From Clostridia bacterium (lineage in GTDB: Bacteria > Bacillota > Clostridia > UMGS1883 > UMGS1540), in NCBI GenBank assembly GCA_045533905.1, contig JAZSIR010000022.1, positions 1 through 64,000 of the forward strand: a stretch of 64,000 bases of DNA, written 5' to 3'. The position numbers and the translations under genes are program-made. Below the pieces are notes generated by a model. It searched no databases. It saw only the letters and a list, made by a program, of their open reading frames with translations, and was not told where the DNA came from. Positions 29,372 to 39,050 of the stretch are shown in pieces; the first letter of the stretch is position 1, and every line of letters starts with the position of its first letter.

Positions 29372-30595
29372 ATGAAGAACATTTTCGGTTTCTATACGAA
29401 ATCGCCCCTCATCCTGCGCATCGCCATCGGCCTTGTGATTGGTGTGTGTCTGGGGCTTTGGGTGCCGAGTGCCGGCTTTGTAACCGTATTCGGCTCCGTT
29501 TTCCTCGGCGCCTTAAAGGCCATTGCGCCGCTTCTCGTTTTCGTGCTTGTGGTCTCTTCCCTTGCAAGCGCAGGCGAAGGGCTCGGGCGGCGTTTCCGCT
29601 CGGTTATCTTCTTTTATATGCTTTCCACATTTCTCGCGGCTGTCTGTGCCGTTCTCTTCAGCTTTGCCTTCAAAGTAACCCTTCCGCTTGCTGCGGCGGC
29701 AGAAGGGGCGCCGCCCACAGGGCTTGGTGAAGTATTCCGCACGCTTCTTTCGAATATGGTTATGAACCCCGTGGAGGCACTCCTTTCAGCAAACTATGTG
29801 GGCGTTTTAACGTGGGCAGTCATTTTAGGCCTTGCCCTTCGCGCGGTTGCAAGTGCGCACACGAAGGAAGTACTTACGGATGTTGCAAACGCCGTAAGCC
29901 GCGCCGTGGGCTTTGTCATTCAGCTCGCGCCCTTTGGCATTATGGGGCTCGTGTATAGCTCCGTCAATGAATACGGCATTGAAATTTTCACGGATTACGG
30001 TATGGTTTTAGCCATTTTGGTCGGCTGTATGCTTATGGTGGCGCTCGTGGTGGACCCCTTAATCGTTGCCATCGCACTGCGCAGAAATCCGTATCCGCTT
30101 GTTTTCCGCTGCTTCCGTGAATCGGGTCTTACCGCCTTCTTCACAAGAAGCTCCGCCGCCAATATCCCCGTCAATATGTCTCTTTGCGAAAAGCTCGGCA
30201 TTGACCGCGACTATTACAGCGTATCTATCCCTCTCGGTGCCACCATCAATATGGACGGTGCCGCCATCACCATCACTGTAATGTCCCTCGCGGCGGCCTT
30301 CTCGCAGGGCATTGAGGTCAATATTTTCTTTGCCATTCTCTTAAGCTTTGTGGCCACGCTCGGCGCGTGCGGCGCCTCTGGTGTTGCAGGCGGCTCTCTC
30401 CTTTTAATCCCGATGGCCTGCTCCCTTCTCGGCGTAGGGCAGGATATTGCGATGCAGGTTGTGGCCGTTGGGTTTATCATCGGCGTTGTGCAGGATTCTC
30501 TGGAGACGGCTATCAACTCCTCCGGTGACGTTATTTTCTGCGCCACGGCAGAATTCCGCGAATGGCAGAAGGAAGGCAGGAAGCTTCCCTTCTGA
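29372..30595 (+). CDS. sstT: Serine/threonine transporter SstT
   Basis: ALKAIAP.LVF.LV, AFFTRSSAANIPVN, IPLGATINM.GAA, ACGASGVAGGSLLLIP motifs. Confidence 0.95.
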   Translation: MKNIFGFYTKSPLILRIAIGLVIGVCLGLWVPSAGFVTVFGSVFLGALKAIAPLLVFVLVVSSLASAGEGLGRRFRSVIFFYMLSTFLAAVCAVLFSFAFKVTLPLAAAAEGAPPTGLGEVFRTLLSNMVMNPVEALLSANYVGVLTWAVILGLALRAVASAHTKEVLTDVANAVSRAVGFVIQLAPFGIMGLVYSSVNEYGIEIFTDYGMVLAILVGCMLMVALVVDPLIVAIALRRNPYPLVFRCFRESGLTAFFTRSSAANIPVNMSLCEKLGIDRDYYSVSIPLGATINMDGAAITITVMSLAAAFSQGIEVNIFFAILLSFVATLGACGASGVAGGSLLLIPMACSLLGVGQDIAMQVVAVGFIIGVVQDSLETAINSSGDVIFCATAEFREWQKEGRKLPF

Positions 30596-30608
30596 AACTG
30601 CTGATTCC

Positions 30609-30642
30609 AAAGCCGCAGAGGGAAAGGCTTCTGCGGCTTTTT
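30609..30642 (+). terminator. Intrinsic terminator of sstT
   Basis: AAAGCCGCAGAG...TTCTGCGGCTTTTT hairpin with U-tract. Confidence 0.8.
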
Positions 30643-30656
30643 CTATGCGCTTATAT

Positions 30657-30697
30657 TTGACAAAAAATACAGAATATGCTATACTGAAAGAAAGGAG
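30657..30697 (+). promoter_or_regulatory. Near-consensus sigmaA promoter with extended -10, plus RBS, facing the sigG breakpoint
   Basis: TTGACA (30657)-N17-TATACT (30680) with TG at the extended position; AAAGGAG at 30691-30697. Confidence 0.75.
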
Positions 30698-30725
30698 TTT
30701 GTACCCTTTTCGTGCGGGTACATTC

Positions 30726-31211
30726 GTGCCAATGATTATAGGTGAAATTCGAAGATATCTTCGTGACAACAATGCCATACGCGTCAGCCGTTCACTTCGC
30801 GACACGGCGTACCGCGCCCTCGCCGTCCGGGAAAAGCTCTCCTCTGAAAAGGAGCCGACGGTGGAGGAAATCGCAAAGGAGCTCGGGCTTCCGAAGGAAG
30901 ATGTTGTCTTTGCGCTCGATGCGATACTGGATCCCGTTTCCCTCTTTGAACCCGTGTATCACGACGGCGGCGATGCGCTCTATGTGATGGATCAGGTGCG
31001 CGACACAAAAAGCACCGACGAAAACTGGGTAGAAACGCTCGCCCTCAAGGATGCGATGCGCCGTCTTTCGGAACGGGAAAAGCTGATTATAAACCTTCGC
31101 TTTTTTCAGGGGCGCACCCAGATGGAGGTGGCCGAGGAAATCGGCATTTCGCAGGCGCAGGTTTCGCGCCTTGAAAAAAGTGCACTTACCAGTATGCGCC
31201 GCCACATCTGA
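30726..31211 (+). CDS. sigG: 3' portion of sporulation sigma factor SigG (region 2.4 to region 4); 5' part absent
   Basis: VPMIIGEIRRYLRDNN.IRVSRSLRD.AY.AL ... DPVSLFEPVY.DGGD..YVMDQ ... RFFQG.TQMEVAEEIGISQAQVSRLEK. The upstream frame has no sigma similarity (no NLRLV, DDLFQVG or FSTYA). Confidence 0.9.
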   Translation: MPMIIGEIRRYLRDNNAIRVSRSLRDTAYRALAVREKLSSEKEPTVEEIAKELGLPKEDVVFALDAILDPVSLFEPVYHDGGDALYVMDQVRDTKSTDENWVETLALKDAMRRLSEREKLIINLRFFQGRTQMEVAEEIGISQAQVSRLEKSALTSMRRHI

Positions 31212-31269
31212 TGCGCATATTCCGAAAAGGGGCGCATATAGTACAAAGGAAGAAAGGAGTCGGATAAAA

Positions 31270-31629
31270 ATGCATACAAAGCTTTTTGCCGTACTTTTAG
31301 CACTTATACTCGTTTTACCCGCCGGCTGCGCAAAGCGGTACTCTTCGGAACATTCCGTACCCACAGCCACGCCGCGGCCGCATCGCGTTGACCTTGCAGG
31401 CAACCCCATCACGCAGGAATATACCGACGGCACGTTTCTCCGCGTGGAAGGCAACACGCTTTTTGCGGAGACTGACGGCAAAGAGAAGACTTTTATTCTG
31501 AGTGAACGCGCAGAAGGGGACCTTGCCGCTCTCGGCATCGCCGAAGGTACGCGTATGATCATAAACTATACCCTTCTGGAAAGCGGCGAGCTACAGGCAG
31601 ACAGCCTTGAGAAAATTTTAAGCGAATAG
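31270..31629 (+). CDS. Hypothetical lipoprotein
   Basis: AAAGGAG RBS; signal peptide with LPAGC lipobox. Confidence 0.75.
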   Translation: MHTKLFAVLLALILVLPAGCAKRYSSEHSVPTATPRPHRVDLAGNPITQEYTDGTFLRVEGNTLFAETDGKEKTFILSERAEGDLAALGIAEGTRMIINYTLLESGELQADSLEKILSE

Positions 31630-31643
31630 CCGCGGAGGACAAA

Positions 31644-33992
31644 ATGGATTCTTTGAAAACACTGGAATTTTATAAGATACGCGCCCTGCTCGCCGAAGAG
31701 GCCATCTCGCCCGCGGCGCGCGAGGCGCTTTTGTCGCTTTGCCCGAGTGACGATACGGAAACAGTCCGCCGCACGCTTTCGGAAACGAACGAGGCACGGG
31801 ATATGAGCGCAAAGCACGGCGCACCGCCCCTCTCGCCCGTACGCGAGATACACACTTCGATGAAGCGCTGCCGCGTGGGTGCTGTTTTATCCATCGGCGA
31901 AATGCTTCGCACCGCTTCCGTTTTATATGTGGCCGAGCGGCTTCTTGCCTATGCTGATATTGACGGGTTTTCGGATACATACCCCGCACTGCACGCCGAA
32001 ACAGCCCGCCTTACGCCGCTTTCTTCGCTCTCGCGCCGCCTTTCGGGCGCCTTCCTCGATGAAAACACTGTGGCGAGCGATGCAAGCCCTGCGCTTCTCG
32101 CCATCCGCCGCAAAATGGAAAGCACCACATCGAAAATTCGCGATATTTTAGATGAAATCATCCATAGCCCTGCGCACGCCAAGGCACTGCAGGAACAGCT
32201 GGTTACAATGCGCAGTGGTCGGTATGTTGTGCCTGTGAAGGCCGAGGCACGCGGCTCCGTGCCCGGTGTTGTGCACGACACGTCGCAATCAGGCTCCACG
32301 CTCTTTGTAGAGCCGATGCGCGTTGTGGAAGCGAACAACCTTCTCCACCGCCTTGCGGCCGAGGAAAAGGATGAAATCGGGCACATTCTCGCGGCTTTCT
32401 CCGCGGAAATTGCGGAGCACGCGGCGGAAATTACAGAAAATTACGATGCCATTATCCGCCTTGATTTTATGTTTGCAAAAGCGCGGTTTGCCGACCGGCT
32501 CGGGGCGACGTGCCCCACCGTGCGGACGGACGGCGTGGTGGATATCCGCCGCGGGCGGCATCCGCTTCTTGCGAAGGACAAGGTGGTGCCGATTGATATC
32601 TCCGTGGGCGATGCCTTTGACACACTCGTAATTACCGGCCCCAACACGGGCGGCAAAACGGTTTCCTTAAAAACCATTGGTCTCTTTGTTTTGATGGCCG
32701 CTTCGGGCCTGCACATTCCGGCGGCGGACGGGTCTTCCGTTTCTGTTTTCGACTATGTTTTTGCCGATATCGGGGACGAGCAAAGTATTGAGCAGTCGCT
32801 TTCCACCTTCTCTTCCCATCTTGTAACGATTATTGAAATTCTGCGGCTTTCCGGCCCGCGCACGCTCGCGCTTTTTGATGAGCTCGGCGCCGGAACCGAC
32901 CCCACGGAAGGGGCGGCGCTCGCGCGTGCAGTGCTTGATGCGATGCGCAAAAAAGGTGCGCGCACCGTGGCCACCACGCATTATAGTGAAATTAAGCTCT
33001 TCGCGCTTGAAACCGAGGGCGTGGAAAACGCGGCCTCGGCGTTTGATATTGAGACGCTTCGCCCCACGTACCGCCTTGAAATCGGCGCACTCGGGCAAAG
33101 TAACGCCTTTGCAATTGCCGCGCGGCTCGGGATGCCCGAAGGGATTATCGAAAACGCGCGCACGTTTGTGGACGCGGAAAGCACACGGTTTGACGATGTG
33201 ATACGGCGCCTCGAAGCACAGCGGCGCGCCCTTTCCGAGCAAAGCGAACAGGCGGAGGCCGACCGCATCCGCGCGAAAGAGATGAAAGAACGCCTATCAA
33301 AAGACGCCGAAAACACAGAGGCCAGACGGCAGAAGATTTTAGACGATGCAAGACGCGAAGCGCGCGCACTTCTGCAAAACGCCAAAGCGGAAATTGACAA
33401 GGAAATCAAAGCGGCACTGGCCGCCGAAAATAAAAAGGCCGCGCTTGAAAAAGCACGCCAGAAGGTGAAAAAGGGACTCGATACGGTTTCGGAAACGCTT
33501 TCAAAAGATGCCGTTCGTCCTGCAAAGGTGGCGATTTCCGCGGCAGAAATCCGCCCCGGCACACCCCTTTACCTCGACGCTATGGGCCAGCGCGGCACGG
33601 CGCTGCGCGCCCCCGATAAGGACGGAAATTTAGAGGTGCAGGTGGGCGTTATGAAAATCAAAACGCACATCTCCACCGTTTCGGCCGCCCCGCCTGAAAA
33701 GAAGAAGCCTTCGCACACGCCCACAGGGTATAAGCGTGGCGCGGTGGAAGGCCTGAAAACAGAGGTCGACCTTCGCGGTATGACGCTGGACGAAGCCGAA
33801 CTCGTTACCGAAAAATTCATTGACGATGCCGTTCTTTTGCATCTCGAAACGGTTACGGTGATCCACGGTAAAGGCACAGGCGTCCTGCGAAGCGGCATCC
33901 ACGCGCTTTTGAAGCGGAATCCTTCCGTAAAATCCTTCCGTCTCGGCAAATATGGCGAGGGCGAAGATGGGGTAACGATTGTAACACTGTAG
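31644..33992 (+). CDS. mutS2: MutS2 endonuclease/ribosome collision factor with Smr domain
   Basis: ITGPNTGGKT, DIGDEQSIEQSLSTFSSH, DELGAGTDP.EG, IHGKGTG motifs. Confidence 0.97.
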   Translation: MDSLKTLEFYKIRALLAEEAISPAAREALLSLCPSDDTETVRRTLSETNEARDMSAKHGAPPLSPVREIHTSMKRCRVGAVLSIGEMLRTASVLYVAERLLAYADIDGFSDTYPALHAETARLTPLSSLSRRLSGAFLDENTVASDASPALLAIRRKMESTTSKIRDILDEIIHSPAHAKALQEQLVTMRSGRYVVPVKAEARGSVPGVVHDTSQSGSTLFVEPMRVVEANNLLHRLAAEEKDEIGHILAAFSAEIAEHAAEITENYDAIIRLDFMFAKARFADRLGATCPTVRTDGVVDIRRGRHPLLAKDKVVPIDISVGDAFDTLVITGPNTGGKTVSLKTIGLFVLMAASGLHIPAADGSSVSVFDYVFADIGDEQSIEQSLSTFSSHLVTIIEILRLSGPRTLALFDELGAGTDPTEGAALARAVLDAMRKKGARTVATTHYSEIKLFALETEGVENAASAFDIETLRPTYRLEIGALGQSNAFAIAARLGMPEGIIENARTFVDAESTRFDDVIRRLEAQRRALSEQSEQAEADRIRAKEMKERLSKDAENTEARRQKILDDARREARALLQNAKAEIDKEIKAALAAENKKAALEKARQKVKKGLDTVSETLSKDAVRPAKVAISAAEIRPGTPLYLDAMGQRGTALRAPDKDGNLEVQVGVMKIKTHISTVSAAPPEKKKPSHTPTGYKRGAVEGLKTEVDLRGMTLDEAELVTEKFIDDAVLLHLETVTVIHGKGTGVLRSGIHALLKRNPSVKSFRLGKYGEGEDGVTIVTL

Positions 33993-33996
33993 GTGA

Positions 33997-34345
33997 GGAA
34001 TGTAAAAAAGGCGCCGAGCGCAAAAAGGCAAAGTTTTGATTTGCGTAGTTTGTGCACCGACAAAAGAAAATACAAACGGGTAGGGACACTCTTTTGAGTG
34101 TCCCTTTGTTTTGTGCCTTTTTGCTACGCGAAAACTTTGCCGCTCGGCGTACGGGTGTACGCCTTCGGGTTTCCCCGCGGCAAGCCGCGGGCAAAGTTTA
34201 CCGCGTTCTGCATCCTTTTTTCCTATTCCTGCAACCAAAAGCGCCGAGCGCAAAAAGGCAAGGGAAATATCTTACTTGGCTTATGCACTGACAAGAGGAA
34301 ATACAAACGGGAAGGGGCTCTCCAAATTGGAGAGCCCCTTCCCGT
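33997..34345. repeat. Two tandem copies of the MITE-like repeat; the first carries a nested hairpin insert
   Basis: GCGCCGAGCGCAAAAAGGCAA at 34011 and 34241, each followed by TGCAC(C/T)GACAA(A/G)AG(A/G)AAATACAAACGGG and a GC hairpin; homologous to 24505-24746 on the opposite strand. Confidence 0.75.
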
Positions 34346-34402
34346 TTCAGATTTTCTTTTAAAAGGAACAAACCAAGTTCCTATTTTTTGTGCGCCTTTT
34401 AT

Positions 34403-35662
34403 CTATTTTCTCGATGCAATCTTCTTTTCGATAAACACCCAAAGCCAATGGAGCACAAGGCCTACGGCAATTGCGACCACGAGGTCTTTTGCCACAGTGA
34501 GGACGAAGGTGAGCACCAAAATGGTGATATCGTGCACCTTCTTTTCGCGGCAGATGCCGACGAAAGCGCGCCATTCGCTCATGTTATACGCGACCACAAA
34601 CAAGATGGCGGCGATAACGGGCATCGGGATAAGGGATGCCAGCGGCATCGCTACGAGGAGCACCAAAAGAAGCACAAGGGCGTGCACCATGCCCGAAATG
34701 GGACTCTCGGCACCGTTTTTGATATTCGCCGCGGTACGGGCAATGGCGCCCGTTGCGGGAATACCGCCGAAAAGTGCCGACGCGATATTGCCTGCGCCCT
34801 GGGCGACAAGTTCCATGTTGGAATTATGTTTATCGCCTATCATGCCGTCCGCCACCACGCACGAGAGAAGCGACTCGACAGCCGCCAAAATCGCAATGGT
34901 GAAGGCATTCGGAAGCGCCGCGAGCACCATGTCCCAAGAAAATGCAGGAAGGGCAGGACGCGGAAATGCCGCCGAAACGGTATATAAATCGCCGATGGTG
35001 TTGACGTTGAGGTTTCCAAACGCTACAATTGCGGCGCACACAATAATCGCAATGAGCGACGGCGGCACCTTCGAAAGGGCACGCACACGCGGGAGATATA
35101 TAAGAAGCGCGAGGGCGAGCAGACCTATAAGAAGGGCAATCGGGTTAAACGTGCCGATAGAGGAAACTACCGCCTCTACCTTCTCCACCGTTTCAATGGG
35201 CGAAGAGGAAAACGTAAGCCCCAAAAAGTCCTTTATTTGCCCGATGGCAATCGTGACCGCGATACCGCCCGTAAAGCCTACCGTAATCGAGCGCGGAATA
35301 AAGCGGATGAGAGAGCCGAGCCGCAAAACGCCCATGAGGACGAGGATGATACCGGCAAGAATTGTGGCGATGGCAAGACCCGCAATGCCGTCCCGCGCGA
35401 CGATGCCTGCCACAATGGCCGCAAACGCCGCGGTGGGCCCTGCAATCTGCACACGGCTGCCGCCGAGCGCGGAAATCACAAACCCTGCAAAAATCGCGGT
35501 GTAAAGACCTTCTTCGGGACCGACGCCACTCGCGATGGCAAGCGCAATCGATAAAGGCAGCGCGATGATTGCGACGATGATGCCGGCAAGAACATCCTTC
35601 GTAAGCTTTGCCCCCGAATAGTCACGAAGCGAGGAGACAAGCTTTGGCTGTAATTTTTCCAT
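34403..35662 (-). CDS. SulP/SLC26 anion transporter (no C-terminal STAS)
   Basis: AGIIVAIIALPLSIALAIASG, GGSRVQIAGPT, AVESLLS.VVAD, GAIARTAANI motifs. Confidence 0.92.
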   Translation of the reverse strand: MEKLQPKLVSSLRDYSGAKLTKDVLAGIIVAIIALPLSIALAIASGVGPEEGLYTAIFAGFVISALGGSRVQIAGPTAAFAAIVAGIVARDGIAGLAIATILAGIILVLMGVLRLGSLIRFIPRSITVGFTGGIAVTIAIGQIKDFLGLTFSSSPIETVEKVEAVVSSIGTFNPIALLIGLLALALLIYLPRVRALSKVPPSLIAIIVCAAIVAFGNLNVNTIGDLYTVSAAFPRPALPAFSWDMVLAALPNAFTIAILAAVESLLSCVVADGMIGDKHNSNMELVAQGAGNIASALFGGIPATGAIARTAANIKNGAESPISGMVHALVLLLVLLVAMPLASLIPMPVIAAILFVVAYNMSEWRAFVGICREKKVHDITILVLTFVLTVAKDLVVAIAVGLVLHWLWVFIEKKIASRK

Positions 35663-35724
35663 GTGAATTCCTTCTTTCTCTATTGTACTCGAAAACACAC
35701 GGCCTTTTCGCCGTGTGTTTCATT

Positions 35725-36300
35725 TTATCTTTCGCGAAGGCGAAGAAGACGGACAATGACGGGACTAAGTACAATATTTGTGCCGATTTCGATGAGGAAA
35801 TTGATACCGCAAAGCCCGAAAATCATATAGCCTGCAACATTGGCGCCAAAGCCGAGGCTTTCCGCCCAGATTCTTAGCGTATCCATAAAAAATACGTAGC
35901 AGCCAAGTAAAAATACGCCTGTATTGACAATGGGGCAAACGAGCGCCGCAAGGACTGCCGCGATGGTGCGGTTTTTCTTCTGCAGGGCGGCAAACACGAG
36001 ACCTGCGACAAGCCCGCAAAGTGTGCCCTTTAAAAGCACCGTGACCACCGTGCCGAAAACGTCCACAGCCAAAAAGGCGGCCGCATCCCCCGTAAGGAGC
36101 ACGGAAATACCGAATACGAAGCCGAGCCATGCAGAAAGTGCCGCGCCGCAAGTGGCGGCACCGATAGCAATCGGCAAGAGTGCAAAGGTAAAGCGGAACA
36201 TGCCTGCCTTCCCCATCGAGGCGCTGATTACTTCGAGTATTACGACCATCGCCGTGAGTACTGCGCCGAGCACCATTGTTTTGGTTGACATTTTTTTCAT
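35725..36300 (-). CDS. ECF transporter S component (probably pantothenate, PanT-like)
   Basis: Six TM segments, LPIAIGA and P.VNTG.F motifs; directly downstream of coaX. Confidence 0.75.
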   Translation of the reverse strand: MKKMSTKTMVLGAVLTAMVVILEVISASMGKAGMFRFTFALLPIAIGAATCGAALSAWLGFVFGISVLLTGDAAAFLAVDVFGTVVTVLLKGTLCGLVAGLVFAALQKKNRTIAAVLAALVCPIVNTGVFLLGCYVFFMDTLRIWAESLGFGANVAGYMIFGLCGINFLIEIGTNIVLSPVIVRLLRLRER

Positions 36301-36365
36301 AAAAATCCTCCTTGCTGTCGTTCGCCAAAAGGCGATACAACGCATATTATAAACGCCAAAAGCGT

Positions 36366-37136
36366 TTATTTCCCTTGATTTTTTTGGTACAAAATGTGAA
36401 GACCTTTTAAAACGAGATTCGGGTCAAGCAAAATTTCGTGGCGGCAATGCGCACAAATCGCCTCGGAAAGCCCGCCCGTGGCAATTACCTGCATTTCCTC
36501 GCCCACTTCGGCGAAGAAACGGTCAATCATCCCGTCAATCATCGCGGCATTGCCGAACACAACACCGGAGCGCATGCAGTCCGCCGTGTTTTTGCCGATG
36601 ACGGAGCGCGGCGCCTCGAGACTTATCTGCGGGAGCTGTGCCGTGCCCGAGGAAAGCGCACGAAGACCCATATTGACACCGGGCGCAATGGAAACGCCCG
36701 AAAATGTGCCCAGTTTATCCACATACATAATTTTCGTGGCGGTGCCCATATCCACAACGAGGGAGGGACTGCCGTATATATGATGCGCCGCAACGCATGC
36801 GCATATAAGGTCTGCACCCACCGTGGCGGGATTATCGCAATGAATGCCGATGCCGGTTTTGATGCCGGGGCCGACCAGAATCGGCTCCACCCCGTACACA
36901 ATGCGCACGGCTTTTTTAATGATGGAATTTAAGGGCGGCACTACGGAAGAAATGATGGCGCCGCGGATTTCCTTCTTCTCCACCTCATGAAGAGAAAGAA
37001 TACTGCGGATTTTCGTGGCATACTCATCCTCCGTTTTGGAAGGGTTTGTCGCAATGCGCGCCACAAACGAAAGCTCCTCGCCCGAAAAACCGCCGAGAAC
37101 AATATTGGTATTACCGATATCAATCGCTAAAATCAT
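36366..37136 (-). CDS. coaX: Type III pantothenate kinase
   Basis: AIDIGNTN, ISSVVP, VGAD, VDMGTAT and ATGG motifs. Confidence 0.95.
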   Translation of the reverse strand: MILAIDIGNTNIVLGGFSGEELSFVARIATNPSKTEDEYATKIRSILSLHEVEKKEIRGAIISSVVPPLNSIIKKAVRIVYGVEPILVGPGIKTGIGIHCDNPATVGADLICACVAAHHIYGSPSLVVDMGTATKIMYVDKLGTFSGVSIAPGVNMGLRALSSGTAQLPQISLEAPRSVIGKNTADCMRSGVVFGNAAMIDGMIDRFFAEVGEEMQVIATGGLSEAICAHCRHEILLDPNLVLKGLHILYQKNQGK

Positions 37137-37266
37137 GGCCGTTCTCCTTTGTTTTTTCCGTTTTTCTGCATAATAGTATACCACACGCGGGCAGAATATG
37201 CAAGAAAAACAATATACAAAACGAAGATCCCGGAAACCGCTTCGTTTTAGCGAAAGGACGAAATAT

Positions 37267-38970
37267 ATGCAAAACAGACTCTCGGAAAGCAAAAGCCCCT
37301 ACCTTCTCGATCACGCGAGAAATCCCATCGACTGGTTCCCGTGGGGCACCGAAGCCTTTCTCCGCGCGATGGCGGAGGATAGACCGATTCTTTTGAGCGT
37401 TGGTTTTTCCGCGTGCCACTGGTGCCACGTGATGGCGCGCGAAAGCTTTGAGGATGAAGAAACCGCCGATATAATAAACCGCCATTTTATCCCCGTGAAG
37501 GTGGACCGCGAGGAGCGGCCCGACGTGGATAAACTCTATATGCACGCGTGCGAAATGCTGACGGGTGGCGGCGGCTGGCCGCTGCACGTATTTTTAACGC
37601 CCGCCGGCAAGCCCTTTTTCGCGGGCACCTATTTCCCGCCCGAGGATGCAGACGGGCATATGGGCTTTAAGACGCTTCTCCGGAATGCGGCGCGCGCATG
37701 GGAGGAAAACAAGGCGGCACTTGTGGACTCCGCCTCAAAAATCACCGATATCCTTTGCCGCGAGGAGGAAGGGATGTATAAGGAGACCATCTCCCGCGAT
37801 GCCGCAGACGAAGCGGCGGCCGCCCTTGCCGGCGCATTTGACACGGTGCACGGCGGCTTTGGCACGGCGCCCAAGTTCCCCTCGCCGCATACGGTCTTGT
37901 TTCTTCTCGCCTACGGGCGAAAATATGCAAACGCCGAAAGCCGGATGATGGCGGAAAAGACGCTCCAGAAAATCCGTGACGGCGGCCTTTGCGACCATGT
38001 GGGCGGCGGCTACTTCCGCTATTCGACCGACCGCGCGTGGCACGTGCCGCACTATGAAAAAATGCTTTCGGATAACGCGCTTTTGGCTATCGCCTTTCTG
38101 GAGGCTGGCGGGCACTTTGTGGCGTACGCTGAGGAAATACTCGCCTTTTTGGAAGAAACGCTTTCGGATGCGGGCGGCGGCTATTATGCGGCCGTGAGCG
38201 CGGAAAGCGAAGCGGGCGAGGGTGCTTTTTATCTCTGGGACGCAGAAGAGGTGCGCGAGGTGCTCGGCAAGGAGGGCAAAGCCTTCTGCCGTGCCTTTCA
38301 TATCACAGAGCGCTCTCTGCCGCGACGGGAGGATCCTTCGGGCGACTACCGTTCGCAGCTTTCGGCGCTGTATGCCGCGCGGCTTGCACGCCCGCACCCG
38401 TTTATTGACCGCAAAATCCTGACGGGCCCGAACGCCCTTGCCGCCGTGGCCTTTGCGCGGGCGGGCGAGGCTACGGGAGAGTCGGCCTACACCGAGCGCG
38501 CCAAGAAAATCCTTGCCATGATTGACCGCACGCTCCGAAAGGAGGACGGGCGCCTCCTTGCCCGCTTCTTCGATGGCGAGGCCGGTATTTTAGCCTTTTT
38601 GGAGGATTATGCCTACCTTCTCTGGGCGCGCCTTTCTCTTTATGAGGCGACAGGCGAGGAAGCCTACCTTACGGGCGCAAAGGAAACGTGGGGCGATATT
38701 GCGCGCCTTTTCCTTTCCGAGCGCGGCGGCGCCTTTCAAAACGGGCGGGATGCCGAGCAGATGATTGCACCGCTTCTCGAAGCGGACGATGGTGCCACCC
38801 CCGGCGCCAATGCCGTTTTAGCACTTTGCCTCCGAAAGCTGTATGCCATAACGGGCGACGTCGGCTACCGGACGGATATGGAAAAGATTTTCTTTGCCTT
38901 CGGCGGGCAGGTAAATACGTATCCTTCCGCGTTTTGCTTTCTTTTATACGCGAAGCTCCTGACGGAATAA
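37267..38970 (+). CDS. YyaL/DUF255 thioredoxin-domain protein
   Basis: [50 protein letters not shown] motifs. Confidence 0.92.
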   Translation: MQNRLSESKSPYLLDHARNPIDWFPWGTEAFLRAMAEDRPILLSVGFSACHWCHVMARESFEDEETADIINRHFIPVKVDREERPDVDKLYMHACEMLTGGGGWPLHVFLTPAGKPFFAGTYFPPEDADGHMGFKTLLRNAARAWEENKAALVDSASKITDILCREEEGMYKETISRDAADEAAAALAGAFDTVHGGFGTAPKFPSPHTVLFLLAYGRKYANAESRMMAEKTLQKIRDGGLCDHVGGGYFRYSTDRAWHVPHYEKMLSDNALLAIAFLEAGGHFVAYAEEILAFLEETLSDAGGGYYAAVSAESEAGEGAFYLWDAEEVREVLGKEGKAFCRAFHITERSLPRREDPSGDYRSQLSALYAARLARPHPFIDRKILTGPNALAAVAFARAGEATGESAYTERAKKILAMIDRTLRKEDGRLLARFFDGEAGILAFLEDYAYLLWARLSLYEATGEEAYLTGAKETWGDIARLFLSERGGAFQNGRDAEQMIAPLLEADDGATPGANAVLALCLRKLYAITGDVGYRTDMEKIFFAFGGQVNTYPSAFCFLLYAKLLTE

Positions 38971-38985
38971 AAATGCGAAAAAGGC

Positions 38986-39014
38986 TTGACAAATAGTTTC
39001 TTTCGGAGTATACT
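38986..39014 (+). promoter_or_regulatory. sigmaA promoter of the aro operon leader
   Basis: TTGACA-N17-TATACT. Confidence 0.85.
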
Positions 39015-39050
39015 GAGTATATAAACATTCTAGGAAAGGGTCTTTGCAAA

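Noticed and set aside
30447-30725. Apparent N-terminal extension that makes the sigG ORF look full length (254 aa)
   Set aside because: It overlaps the sstT 3' end, its terminator and a promoter, and has no sigma region 1.2/2.1-2.3 similarity; the near-normal length is coincidental.
33997-34345. CRISPR array
   Set aside because: Only two long, imperfect units 230 bp apart, no cas genes, and terminal inverted repeats typical of MITEs.
34098-35504. 468-aa plus-strand ORF
   Set aside because: Antisense to the SulP gene and begins inside the repeat; no recognisable protein features.
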